From IMG/VR virus record IMGVR_UViG_3300029911_000024, positions 2,820 to 66,819 of that record: 64,000 nt of DNA; one strand, 5' to 3'. The notes beneath the pieces were generated by a model. It ran no database searches. It was not told the origin of the DNA and saw only the letters and a program-made list of their open reading frames with translations. Below, piece by piece: positions 37,094 to 44,326 of this stretch (positions are counted from its first letter, which is position 1; each line of letters starts with the position of its first letter). This stretch comes from a virus. A program made the position numbers and the translations under genes.

Positions 37094-37681
37094 TCAGTTC
37101 ATTTCGCTCGGCAGCTTGGCGGGCGGGATGATGATGGTTTCGCCGTTACTGAGGTGCAAGCTGTCGCCTCGATCCCAGCCGGGCTTGAGCATGTGATCGC
37201 CGAACTCGGCTGCCCACCACCGGATGTAATCGGTATCTGGGTTGAGCCTGCCGTCAATGATCTTCTCGGCAGTTGTCCGCATCCGGTCCAGCGCCATGCC
37301 GTCGGTTGAGGCGATGAACTGGCCGACAAAGTTGTGTGGTGACATGCTGGCTGGCAGTTCGTGCCCCTTGATCGCGGGCTCGCGCGGTTTGTTGGGGTCA
37401 AGCGCGAACAGCATGATCTCGTGCGTCGCTTCCTTGAGGCGGCCGATGTTGGGAGGACGAACGCCAGGGATCGTGCGCAGATGAACGAGGGTCATGAAAT
37501 AGCTGTGCCAGACCGGATGGGCATAGGGCGCTTCGATGATCCATGCGCCCAGCGTCGCCTCGTAATCCGGCTGCCAGTTTCCAGCAGCCTTGATGCGGCT
37601 GGTGATCTCCTGCTGGTCGATCTCCCAGAACCGGCCGTGCGGTCCCGTCATCGTCGGCGGAATTGTAACCCTGTCGATCAT
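37094..37681 (-). CDS. Hypothetical protein
   Basis: 195 aa, ATGA-coupled in the operon. Confidence 0.65.
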   Translation of the reverse strand: MIDRVTIPPTMTGPHGRFWEIDQQEITSRIKAAGNWQPDYEATLGAWIIEAPYAHPVWHSYFMTLVHLRTIPGVRPPNIGRLKEATHEIMLFALDPNKPREPAIKGHELPASMSPHNFVGQFIASTDGMALDRMRTTAEKIIDGRLNPDTDYIRWWAAEFGDHMLKPGWDRGDSLHLSNGETIIIPPAKLPSEMN

Positions 37682-37878
37682 TCGATCATCCCATTGGCGC
37701 GTTGTTCTTCCGGCGTGCGATTGTCGTCCCGGGTTCCCATCCAGTATTTCACCACGAACGGGCTGTCGAAATAGTCGCGAGCGCCGCCGCCACTTTCGAC
37801 CACAATAGCAGGCTTATAGATGCGCTCGCCGTTCGTGTGCAGATACCAATAGCCCATTGTCGGATCGCGGTGGCTCAT
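37678..37878 (-). CDS. Small protein (GYWY.H.NG...YFDSPFV domain)
   Basis: Paralogous to the N-terminus of 59604-60296. Confidence 0.65.
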   Translation of the reverse strand: MSHRDPTMGYWYLHTNGERIYKPAIVVESGGGARDYFDSPFVVKYWMGTRDDNRTPEEQRANGMIE

Positions 37879-39404
37879 AGCCGGTATTCCTTGTCGATGA
37901 AGCCCAGGTCTGGATCGCCGCGCAGATGCCATTTTATCCACGTCTTGCTGTTGGTGTAATGCCGCCAGTGGCCGCGAACCCAGTGCATGCGCTTGTGGTG
38001 GCGCTCCTCGTCGATGTCGCCCGGCTGCGGCGCACGCGGCGCGTACCGCTTGCGGGCGGTTAGATTGACGATGTGATAGTCGAAGATCGGGACACGACCC
38101 TTTTTCTCACGCTGACGGTTCAATTTGTGTGGCGCGCGCACCACCTCGGTCTCGGCGACATCCGCTTCCAGGGAGATTGACACAGCCCTGATCTGGGCGA
38201 GGCATAACCGCGCCAACGGCTCCATCGCACCAAAGAAAGCCCGGCTGATGACCTCGGCCGCCTTGGCCACAACAACCTTGGGATCACCATTCGGCATGAT
38301 CTCGTAAACGCCTGACACTATCCAGCCGTAGCTGCTCTCGGTCAGCATATAGATCGACGAGAAGTGACCATTCTCGGACCCGCAAAGCACGATGGTGCGT
38401 TTGCCGGAAATCCGAAATTCAAAGGCCACGTCGTTATATGGCAGTTTCCACTCGCCGCCCTCGAAGTCCTGCGCGTGCTTGAAAGCTGCTGCCCAGTCAT
38501 GCTGGACGACGAAAATATGCGGCGCACCTTCCGGCGACAGCATCGCGATTGCGTGCGGTATCTGGGACGCGCCAGGAGCCAGGATAGCGCCAGCAGCGTC
38601 GGCATCCATCATACCGTGGAATTTTGTTTCGGTAAGGCGTTGAAGGACAGGATGCTCGCCGACCGGCAGCAGTTCCTCCATCGCCTTGTCATTTATCTCA
38701 GTGGCATTGAGCGCGATAATCTCGCAACGCAATTCGCGGCGCTCCCGCTCTATGCTTTCGATCTCGTTCAGGCGCTCTTGTGCCATGGCGACCATATTGT
38801 GAGGGAAATGGCCAGTTTTCTGGTAAGCATCAGCGAGACGGCGCTGCTGGTCTGGCCTCATGCCGCCAAGAACCTTCAAGCGGCTGTCAATGTCTTCCAG
38901 CTTTGCGAGGGCGGCATCAAATCCCTCGATATATCCTTTCGCGCTGGCCACGGTGAAAGCGCCATGCATCATTTCGTTGACGATAGCGCGGCGATTTTCG
39001 TCTGGTATCGCCCCAAGAATCTGTTCCATGTTCTCGGCGGCGGCGCGCTCCAGGCCGGGCGGGAATGATTTTTTTGCACTCCCAACCCGCAGATGGATTT
39101 TCCCATCCTTGCCGCGCGGTATGTCTCCGACCTTCATGTCAGGATCGAGAGGCACGCCTGGGCCGAAAGCGCTATCTCCGGCAATCGAGGTGAGCACGCT
39201 GCTCGGCGACGGCATGGCGTGGATTTCGTGCGGACTGAGCGGCCGCAGACCTGATGCGCCCTCTGCGGTGCTGTGCGCCATAGGCCATTCGCGTTCCTGG
39301 CGTTTGATGAACTCGGCGTCGGTCTCACCAAGGCGCTTTGCTCCAACCCCGGCGACATGCGCCGCAGTCGAGAACGGTGCGCCCTTGGTGGGATCGCCGA
39401 CCAT
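37875..39404 (-). CDS. Hypothetical protein with C-terminal HWVRGHWR motif
   Basis: 509 aa; RMHWVRGHWRHY...WIKWHLRGD is a recurrent phage C-terminal motif. Confidence 0.7.
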   Translation of the reverse strand: MVGDPTKGAPFSTAAHVAGVGAKRLGETDAEFIKRQEREWPMAHSTAEGASGLRPLSPHEIHAMPSPSSVLTSIAGDSAFGPGVPLDPDMKVGDIPRGKDGKIHLRVGSAKKSFPPGLERAAAENMEQILGAIPDENRRAIVNEMMHGAFTVASAKGYIEGFDAALAKLEDIDSRLKVLGGMRPDQQRRLADAYQKTGHFPHNMVAMAQERLNEIESIERERRELRCEIIALNATEINDKAMEELLPVGEHPVLQRLTETKFHGMMDADAAGAILAPGASQIPHAIAMLSPEGAPHIFVVQHDWAAAFKHAQDFEGGEWKLPYNDVAFEFRISGKRTIVLCGSENGHFSSIYMLTESSYGWIVSGVYEIMPNGDPKVVVAKAAEVISRAFFGAMEPLARLCLAQIRAVSISLEADVAETEVVRAPHKLNRQREKKGRVPIFDYHIVNLTARKRYAPRAPQPGDIDEERHHKRMHWVRGHWRHYTNSKTWIKWHLRGDPDLGFIDKEYRL

Positions 39405-39946
39405 CAGTGCGCCAGTTCCAGCCCGATGCCGAACACAAAGCCACCGGAGGCGTGGTCAGCGAAATTCGTTGACCTGTAGCCGCCATGCGCGCGTATCGCC
39501 ACGGCATGCCAGACCGGGATCGAGACGCCGCCGCCAGCACCCCAGTCGGTTTCAGAGCCATGGAACAGCAGGCTGGCGGGCTGGGGGAAGTTGTTGATGC
39601 CCACCGCGCTGTACGCCGACCGGCCGCCGTCGACCTGGGCATAGGTGTCCAGACCTTCGATCAGGTTGACGTGATAGGCGAGATCGACGCCGTAGCGCGT
39701 AGACGACAGGCTGCTGCCGCTCTTGTTGGCGCTGGCGCTGGAGTATTCGCCACCGAGCGAGACCGCGCCCAGACGATAGCCCGCGCTGACGCCAAGACCG
39801 GTGAGATCGTTCGGCACCCGCGCCAGCGTCGGCGCATCGAGATTGACGGACTGGAACACGCCGTCGACGCCCAGGTACGGGCCAGCGATGGCGGGCGCAG
39901 ATGCGAGATGCACGACAGCGAGAGAGGCGATTGCAAGTTTCTTCAT
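39404..39946 (-). CDS. Outer-membrane beta-barrel protein (Ail/Lom/OmpA-like)
   Basis: Sec signal peptide, alternating beta strands, GLGVSAGYRL, WGAGGGVSI. Confidence 0.75.
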   Translation of the reverse strand: MKKLAIASLAVVHLASAPAIAGPYLGVDGVFQSVNLDAPTLARVPNDLTGLGVSAGYRLGAVSLGGEYSSASANKSGSSLSSTRYGVDLAYHVNLIEGLDTYAQVDGGRSAYSAVGINNFPQPASLLFHGSETDWGAGGGVSIPVWHAVAIRAHGGYRSTNFADHASGGFVFGIGLELAH

Positions 39947-40380
39947 GGTCTCTTTCCTTGGTTGGTTGAACGAGATATAGGACGCTTTGTCCGCTTTGTC
40001 ACCGGGCGCGGCTTGGGACTTGCCGCAATGAAATCTTCCTCGCTCTCGAAATGCGGCGCGGTCCAGTCCATCTGCTTTTCCAGGCGCGTCGCCAGATCGT
40101 CATCGTTGCCGATGCCGGGCCAAGGATCACCGCCGCTGTCTTTGATGAACATCATCACCGCGCCAGCACAATGTTGGGTCTTGGGACCGAACACATAGCC
40201 GCCGCTTTCGCCGTTGTCGTCCTCGTCATTGGTGGCGGACAGGTGGCAGGGGAAGCCGTTGCGATAGGCCGACTTCGCGATCTCCTCGGCGCGCTCTTTG
40301 CACGAGAAGGTGATCGCGTCCGGCGTTGGCTGGAACGGGCAGTTCTTGCAGGGCTTTCGCAGTTTGAACTGGTCGGTCAT
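39943..40380 (-). CDS. Cys/His-rich metal-binding protein (DUF6283-like)
   Basis: KPCKNCPF...FPCH...QHCAGA. Confidence 0.65.
   Translation of the reverse strand: MTDQFKLRKPCKNCPFQPTPDAITFSCKERAEEIAKSAYRNGFPCHLSATNDEDDNGESGGYVFGPKTQHCAGAVMMFIKDSGGDPWPGIGNDDDLATRLEKQMDWTAPHFESEEDFIAASPKPRPVTKRTKRPISRSTNQGKRP
39975..40002 (-). promoter_or_regulatory. Promoter for the beta-barrel gene with GGAC-N5-GTCC in the spacer
   Basis: GTGACA-N16-CTATAT on the minus strand. Confidence 0.55.
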
Positions 40381-40553
40381 GGCGCGTTGACCTGGGCCCA
40401 GTGCGTCGCCGAGCGCGGGCCGGTGTCAGGCCTGTCGGTGACGCGCGCAGGCAGTGTGATCCGGCCGCTGTGAATCGCAGGCTGCCAGAAGATGAACATC
40501 AGGCCAGCGTGGCGTGACGGCGGCCATGTGGCGATGGGTTTCCAGTCGATCAT
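40377..40553 (-). CDS. Small DUF551-like protein
   Basis: My translation MIDWKPIATWP...ATHWAQV; ATGA overlaps at both ends. Confidence 0.55.
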   Translation of the reverse strand: MIDWKPIATWPPSRHAGLMFIFWQPAIHSGRITLPARVTDRPDTGPRSATHWAQVNAP

Positions 40554-40870
40554 GCTGCGATCCTTTCAGGTTCTGGCTTCTGTTTCAGGTGGCCAGCCTC
40601 ATAGGCGGCGATGGCCCTGGCGCGTTCTGCCTCCCGCTGGCGGATGGCGGCGCGCACCTCTTGATCGGCATGCGCGGGCGAGCCGTCGGCGTAGCTGTAG
40701 ACATATTCCACGTCTGTCAGCCCATCGCCTTGCCGGGCGTGGCGGCTAGGCTTCGCCATGATGTTATTGGTGCCGATCATGCGCTTGCCTTCCGGCGTGA
40801 GGGTTTTGAACCACGAGGCGACGCGGATCGGCACGCCTTGGCGCGTGATGGTGATCTGGTTAGTGGACAC
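40550..40870 (-). CDS. Hypothetical protein
   Basis: GGAGGT RBS before GTG 40870. Confidence 0.55.
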   Translation of the reverse strand: MSTNQITITRQGVPIRVASWFKTLTPEGKRMIGTNNIMAKPSRHARQGDGLTDVEYVYSYADGSPAHADQEVRAAIRQREAERARAIAAYEAGHLKQKPEPERIAA

Positions 40871-41060
40871 GGGCCACCTCCAGTCCATCGGCCGCGATAC
40901 CAGCGACGATGTCGCCGATGTAGCGGTGTTCGACGGCGATGCTGTTGCCGAGGCCATGCGCGTCGTCAGGAATGTTCTCGGCGACCCAGGCCTTGGCGGC
41001 CTCGGTCTTGGGATGCAGCAGGTAAACCGTACCGCCGCCAGTGACATGGAAATCAAGCAT
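40860..41060 (-). CDS. Hypothetical protein
   Basis: GAGGAG RBS, promoter immediately upstream. Confidence 0.7.
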   Translation of the reverse strand: MLDFHVTGGGTVYLLHPKTEAAKAWVAENIPDDAHGLGNSIAVEHRYIGDIVAGIAADGLEVARVH

Positions 41061-41105
41061 TTTGTTTCTCCTCAGTGGGCGGGCCAGATCGGGCCCTCGG
41101 GTTTG

Positions 41106-41134
41106 ATATAGGACAGAACGTCCTATGCTTCAAG
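41106..41134 (-). promoter_or_regulatory. Sigma70-type promoter with palindromic operator
   Basis: CTTGAA-N17-CTATAT; ATAGGAC-AGAAC-GTCCTAT palindrome. Confidence 0.75.
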
Positions 41135-41389
41135 TGCGGCGGTCAGCGCCCGCAGCAGCGACGTGAACGGGTCCAGCGCAGCAGCGTCCTTGGTCTCGGC
41201 CAGCTTGCGGCACTCGGACTCGGTGCGGGCGTAGCCGTCGGCATATGGCCTGCCGCAGTCTGGGCATTTGTGGGCGGCCTCGACGTCGGCCTCGGTTTTC
41301 AGCGTGCTGCCGTCGTGCGACCAGATATGCCAGCAGCCGGGACAAACGTGGTGGTGGAAGCCCGATGCGCGGGCGCGTGGTTCTGACAT
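41123..41389 (-). CDS. Small zinc-ribbon protein
   Basis: CPGC...CPDC; GGAG RBS. Confidence 0.65.
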   Translation of the reverse strand: MSEPRARASGFHHHVCPGCWHIWSHDGSTLKTEADVEAAHKCPDCGRPYADGYARTESECRKLAETKDAAALDPFTSLLRALTAALEA

Positions 41390-41453
41390 GGTGCTCTCCA
41401 GAAAAGGGAGGGACCAATTCCCCGGTCCCGTGGGGTTTGGGTGACGAGCCCGA

Positions 41454-41681
41454 TCACAGCGCCGGGCCGGGCACCTCCGGGCCGAGCGGCGCGAGGCCGC
41501 CCTTTACGAACAGTTGGAAAGTGATGATCCCGATAAAGATGGTGCCGATCACAGCGGCGGCCAGCAGGGCGACCATGACGCTCTTGTCCAGCACCAGTGG
41601 GGCGACGCCCAGCCAGACGTTATGCGCCTCGTCCAGAACCTTGCAGGCGATCTTGTGAGCCCGGACGCTCAGGATGGCCAT
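41454..41681 (-). CDS. Small membrane protein
   Basis: Strong TM segment VMVALLAAAVIGTIFIGIITF. Confidence 0.6.
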   Translation of the reverse strand: MAILSVRAHKIACKVLDEAHNVWLGVAPLVLDKSVMVALLAAAVIGTIFIGIITFQLFVKGGLAPLGPEVPGPAL

Positions 41682-41682
41682 G

Positions 41683-41869
41683 TTACTGGCCCCCCGTGTA
41701 AGCGGCATGGGCGAAGTCGTCGGCCTGGGCATAATCTTCCCAGATCGCGTCCTCGACCTCATGCTCGGCCATCTGCTCGGCCTCAAACTCCATGTAGCTG
41801 TGCGGGGTGGAAATACGCGATGCGGCCTCGACCATCGCGGCCGGGGCTTTTTCATACGGGGGTGGGCAT
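41683..41869 (-). pseudogene. Acidic small protein with an apparent 1-nt frameshift after codon 3
   Basis: GGAGAG RBS-ATG CCC ACC CCC GTA TGA; removing one C gives a 61-aa ORF; in-frame ATG 41835 has no RBS. Confidence 0.45.
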
Positions 41870-41915
41870 TTGGTCTCTCCATCTTTGGCGGGCCATGGGG
41901 CCCTCGACCCATCTG

Positions 41916-41943
41916 ATATAGGGCGGCCATTTTGGCCTACAAG
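41916..41943 (-). promoter_or_regulatory. Leftward early promoter
   Basis: CTTGTA-N16-CTATAT with GGCC-N5-GGCC in the spacer. Confidence 0.7.
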
Positions 41944-42001
41944 GCCCGGCGTTCATTCTTTTTTAGGGAAAGATTTGGCGGAAACGCTGGGTTTTTATCC
42001 T

Positions 42002-42029
42002 CTTGTAACCCGGACAAGATGGCCTATAT
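42002..42029 (+). promoter_or_regulatory. Rightward early promoter
   Basis: CTTGTA-N16-CTATAT with GGAC-N5-GGCC in the spacer. Confidence 0.7.
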
Positions 42030-42075
42030 TTGAGTGGCAAAGGGCCTTCCTGGCCCGCCTATCGAGGAGATCGCA

Positions 42076-42180
42076 ATGTCCCTTTACCGCCAGATGCTCT
42101 CCAGCTTTGAAAGCTGGGCGCGCGCCTATGAGACCATCGAGGTCTGTGGCTCGCACGAACTGGACGAGGTGTCGCTGTGA
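42076..42180 (+). CDS. 34-aa peptide, first gene of the rightward early unit
   Basis: GAGGAG RBS; MSLYRQMLSSFESWARAYETIEVCGSHELDEVSL. Confidence 0.55.
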   Translation: MSLYRQMLSSFESWARAYETIEVCGSHELDEVSL

Positions 42181-42389
42181 GACAGCCCAGCCAAAAGGCC
42201 ATGGAGAAGCGCGTCGAGCGCGCCTATTACGCCGGATGCAGCGGCGTGCAGATCAACATCATGGACATCAGCAAGGTGTTCAAGGCGGGCGTCGCTGCTA
42301 TCGTCGCCCAGCCTGAGATCAGCGATGCCGATTTGACCGTGAAGGTCCGCGCCATCGTCGACGCCATCAACCTGGGAGTCGCAGCATGA
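42177..42389 (+). CDS. Hypothetical protein
   Basis: GTGA overlap, coupled operon. Confidence 0.6.
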   Translation: MRQPSQKAMEKRVERAYYAGCSGVQINIMDISKVFKAGVAAIVAQPEISDADLTVKVRAIVDAINLGVAA

Positions 42390-42652
42390 GCTATCCCAAG
42401 GTCAAGGCGATCAAGGTCTATGGCACCGCTGGCGGCCAAAGCCGCGTTGCCGACATCACCGCCCATATGGTCATTTACGGCATGACCGAGGTGAAACAGG
42501 CAGAGGCGCTGTTGCTCAATTCAACCGATCTTCTCCACTTCGCCAAGTTCGTGAAGGAAGCGACAGAGCAGTCACTTCCATCCGAGACGCTCTTGCAGCA
42601 ACTTCGCGAGCGCGCCGTCGACGTTATCGGCAGAGCAGAAGGAACATCGTAA
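42386..42652 (+). CDS. Hypothetical protein
   Basis: ATGA overlap, GGAG RBS. Confidence 0.6.
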   Translation: MSYPKVKAIKVYGTAGGQSRVADITAHMVIYGMTEVKQAEALLLNSTDLLHFAKFVKEATEQSLPSETLLQQLRERAVDVIGRAEGTS

Positions 42653-43008
42653 TGACCAAGATGGAATTGCGGCGGCCGCAGCAGGCCGCGCCGACCGAGC
42701 AGGGCTGGCACTATGCTCGATGGCCTAACATTGCGGCGATTGTTCCAGTATTTGTCGGCGTCGTCATGTACGGAAGTCCGCGTGGCGACACGCTGATGGT
42801 TATAGACGGCCGAATACATCGCCAGCTATCTGATTTCCAGTGGTTCGGCCCGGTGCCGACGTGCATCGAGGCGGCCGTCCCAACCGAAACCGCGCCAGAA
42901 GGCTGCCCCAAATGCGGCAGCAAGCTGTTCGGCGAGCCGGGCGCGCGCGGCACCTATTCCGAGGTCTGCACGAATCCGAAATGCGATTACGAGGGATTTT
43001 CGACATGA
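42652..43008 (+). CDS. Hypothetical protein with C-terminal zinc ribbon
   Basis: CPKCG...CTNPKCDY. Confidence 0.6.
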   Translation: MTKMELRRPQQAAPTEQGWHYARWPNIAAIVPVFVGVVMYGSPRGDTLMVIDGRIHRQLSDFQWFGPVPTCIEAAVPTETAPEGCPKCGSKLFGEPGARGTYSEVCTNPKCDYEGFST

Positions 43009-43397
43009 AAACCCGCATGCTGATTATCCCGCCCCTGGGCCAGCCCACCATCACCGGGCTCGATCTGCCGCCGGAGCCGGACTTCAAGGCCATCGTGCGG
43101 CTGGTGACGCCGATCCTTTTCGACAACCTCAACCCTAAGGCGATGGCGTTCGGTGTCAGCCTGGAGCGCGTGCGCGTGCTGGCCGACTTCGAGGGTGGCG
43201 TCAATTACCAGCCCACCGACATGATCGTGGACGAGGATTTCCGCGAGAAGCGCCTGCCCCGCAATGAATACGCCACCACGATTTACCGGCGCGCGACGAT
43301 GCTGGGCCGCACTCCGGTGCGCACGCCAAGCGATCCCGAAATGCTGCCAGACATCCTGGGAACGGCCGTTCTGTTTGATCGGAGGGTTTGGTTTTGA
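43005..43397 (+). CDS. DUF3846-like protein
   Basis: LERV, DMIVDED....LPRNEYAT, ILGTAVL. Confidence 0.65.
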   Translation: MKTRMLIIPPLGQPTITGLDLPPEPDFKAIVRLVTPILFDNLNPKAMAFGVSLERVRVLADFEGGVNYQPTDMIVDEDFREKRLPRNEYATTIYRRATMLGRTPVRTPSDPEMLPDILGTAVLFDRRVWF

Positions 43398-43735
43398 GCG
43401 GCGGGATCGCATGCCAGTGCCCGGAAAAGGACGAGCCGCTGCTGGATAACCCCGGGGCGAACAGACCGGCGCGCGCGTGGCGGATACGCCAGTACAGGCA
43501 CAACAACAGCACCTTCCACGGCGGCTACCAGTCGAGCGAATATTCTGGGATCACATGCCTGCGATGCGGCGCGACGTGGCGCACCAAAGCAGCCTATGTC
43601 GACTTGCTGCAATACATCAGCCGGGACGAGGAATATTGGTATTCCGACCGGTCAAGTTACGAGGCGGTGATGAAGCGGCTTGGTAGGCCGCCGGATCACG
43701 GGAGGCCAGCATGTCCACCGGACCACAAGGCCTAG
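43394..43735 (+). CDS. Hypothetical Cys-containing protein
   Basis: CQC...CLRCGATWRTKA; GGAGG RBS. Confidence 0.6.
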   Translation: MSGGIACQCPEKDEPLLDNPGANRPARAWRIRQYRHNNSTFHGGYQSSEYSGITCLRCGATWRTKAAYVDLLQYISRDEEYWYSDRSSYEAVMKRLGRPPDHGRPACPPDHKA

Positions 43736-43786
43736 CGGCCAAAGCGTCCCCTGTGCTATATGCGGCAATCCATTGGGAGTCGCAGC

Positions 43787-44065
43787 ATGGCATCGCGGAA
43801 AGAACGGGCGAAGTTTTACGTCGACGCGCTGGCGCGGCTGGGCCTGTCCCAGGCCAAGGCGTCGATCTTTTTCGGCTTCTCGACCCGAAAGTCACGCCGC
43901 ATCGTCGGCTGCCACACCGATCTGCCCCAGGCCGAGGAAATGCTGCTCAAGGTGATGCTGCATACCGGGCTGACGGTCGACGCCGTCAAGAAAATCTGCA
44001 ACCCGGACGGCGAGCCCGCGCCCAAGAAAGCGCCGCGTCGCGCAGCCGCAGCGACCGCCACTTAA
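43787..44065 (+). CDS. Cro/XRE-like HTH protein
   Basis: ALARLGLSQAKASIFFGFSTRKSRR...LP....LL; GGAG RBS. Confidence 0.65.
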   Translation: MASRKERAKFYVDALARLGLSQAKASIFFGFSTRKSRRIVGCHTDLPQAEEMLLKVMLHTGLTVDAVKKICNPDGEPAPKKAPRRAAAATAT

Positions 44066-44088
44066 ACCCGGACATATCGTCCCCATAT
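44061..44088 (+). promoter_or_regulatory. Promoter for 44108-44326 with GGAC-N5-GTCC in the spacer
   Basis: CTTAAA-N16-CCATAT, followed by GAGGAGG RBS. Confidence 0.55.
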
Positions 44089-44107
44089 CAGTTTCGAGGA
44101 GGTCAGC

Positions 44108-44326
44108 ATGGCTGGCAAAATTAACTACGCCTATTTGGATGAAAGCCCGGTCGTTTTTGACAACGACAAGGCTTTCGAGTGGGTGCAGGGACAAACCACG
44201 GCAGGGCGCTGGGTGCCGCTGCACATGGCGGATGCGCGCTCCAAGGCGCGGCTGCTGACGGCGTCCGAGTTCAATGACTACGCGGCGCGCTCCGGCGCGA
44301 GCGGGTGGACAACCCTTTTCCACTGA
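44108..44326 (+). CDS. Small protein convergent with and overlapping the RelA/SpoT-like module (candidate immunity protein)
   Basis: GAGGAGGT RBS, own promoter, 49-nt 3' overlap. Confidence 0.65.
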   Translation: MAGKINYAYLDESPVVFDNDKAFEWVQGQTTAGRWVPLHMADARSKARLLTASEFNDYAARSGASGWTTLFH

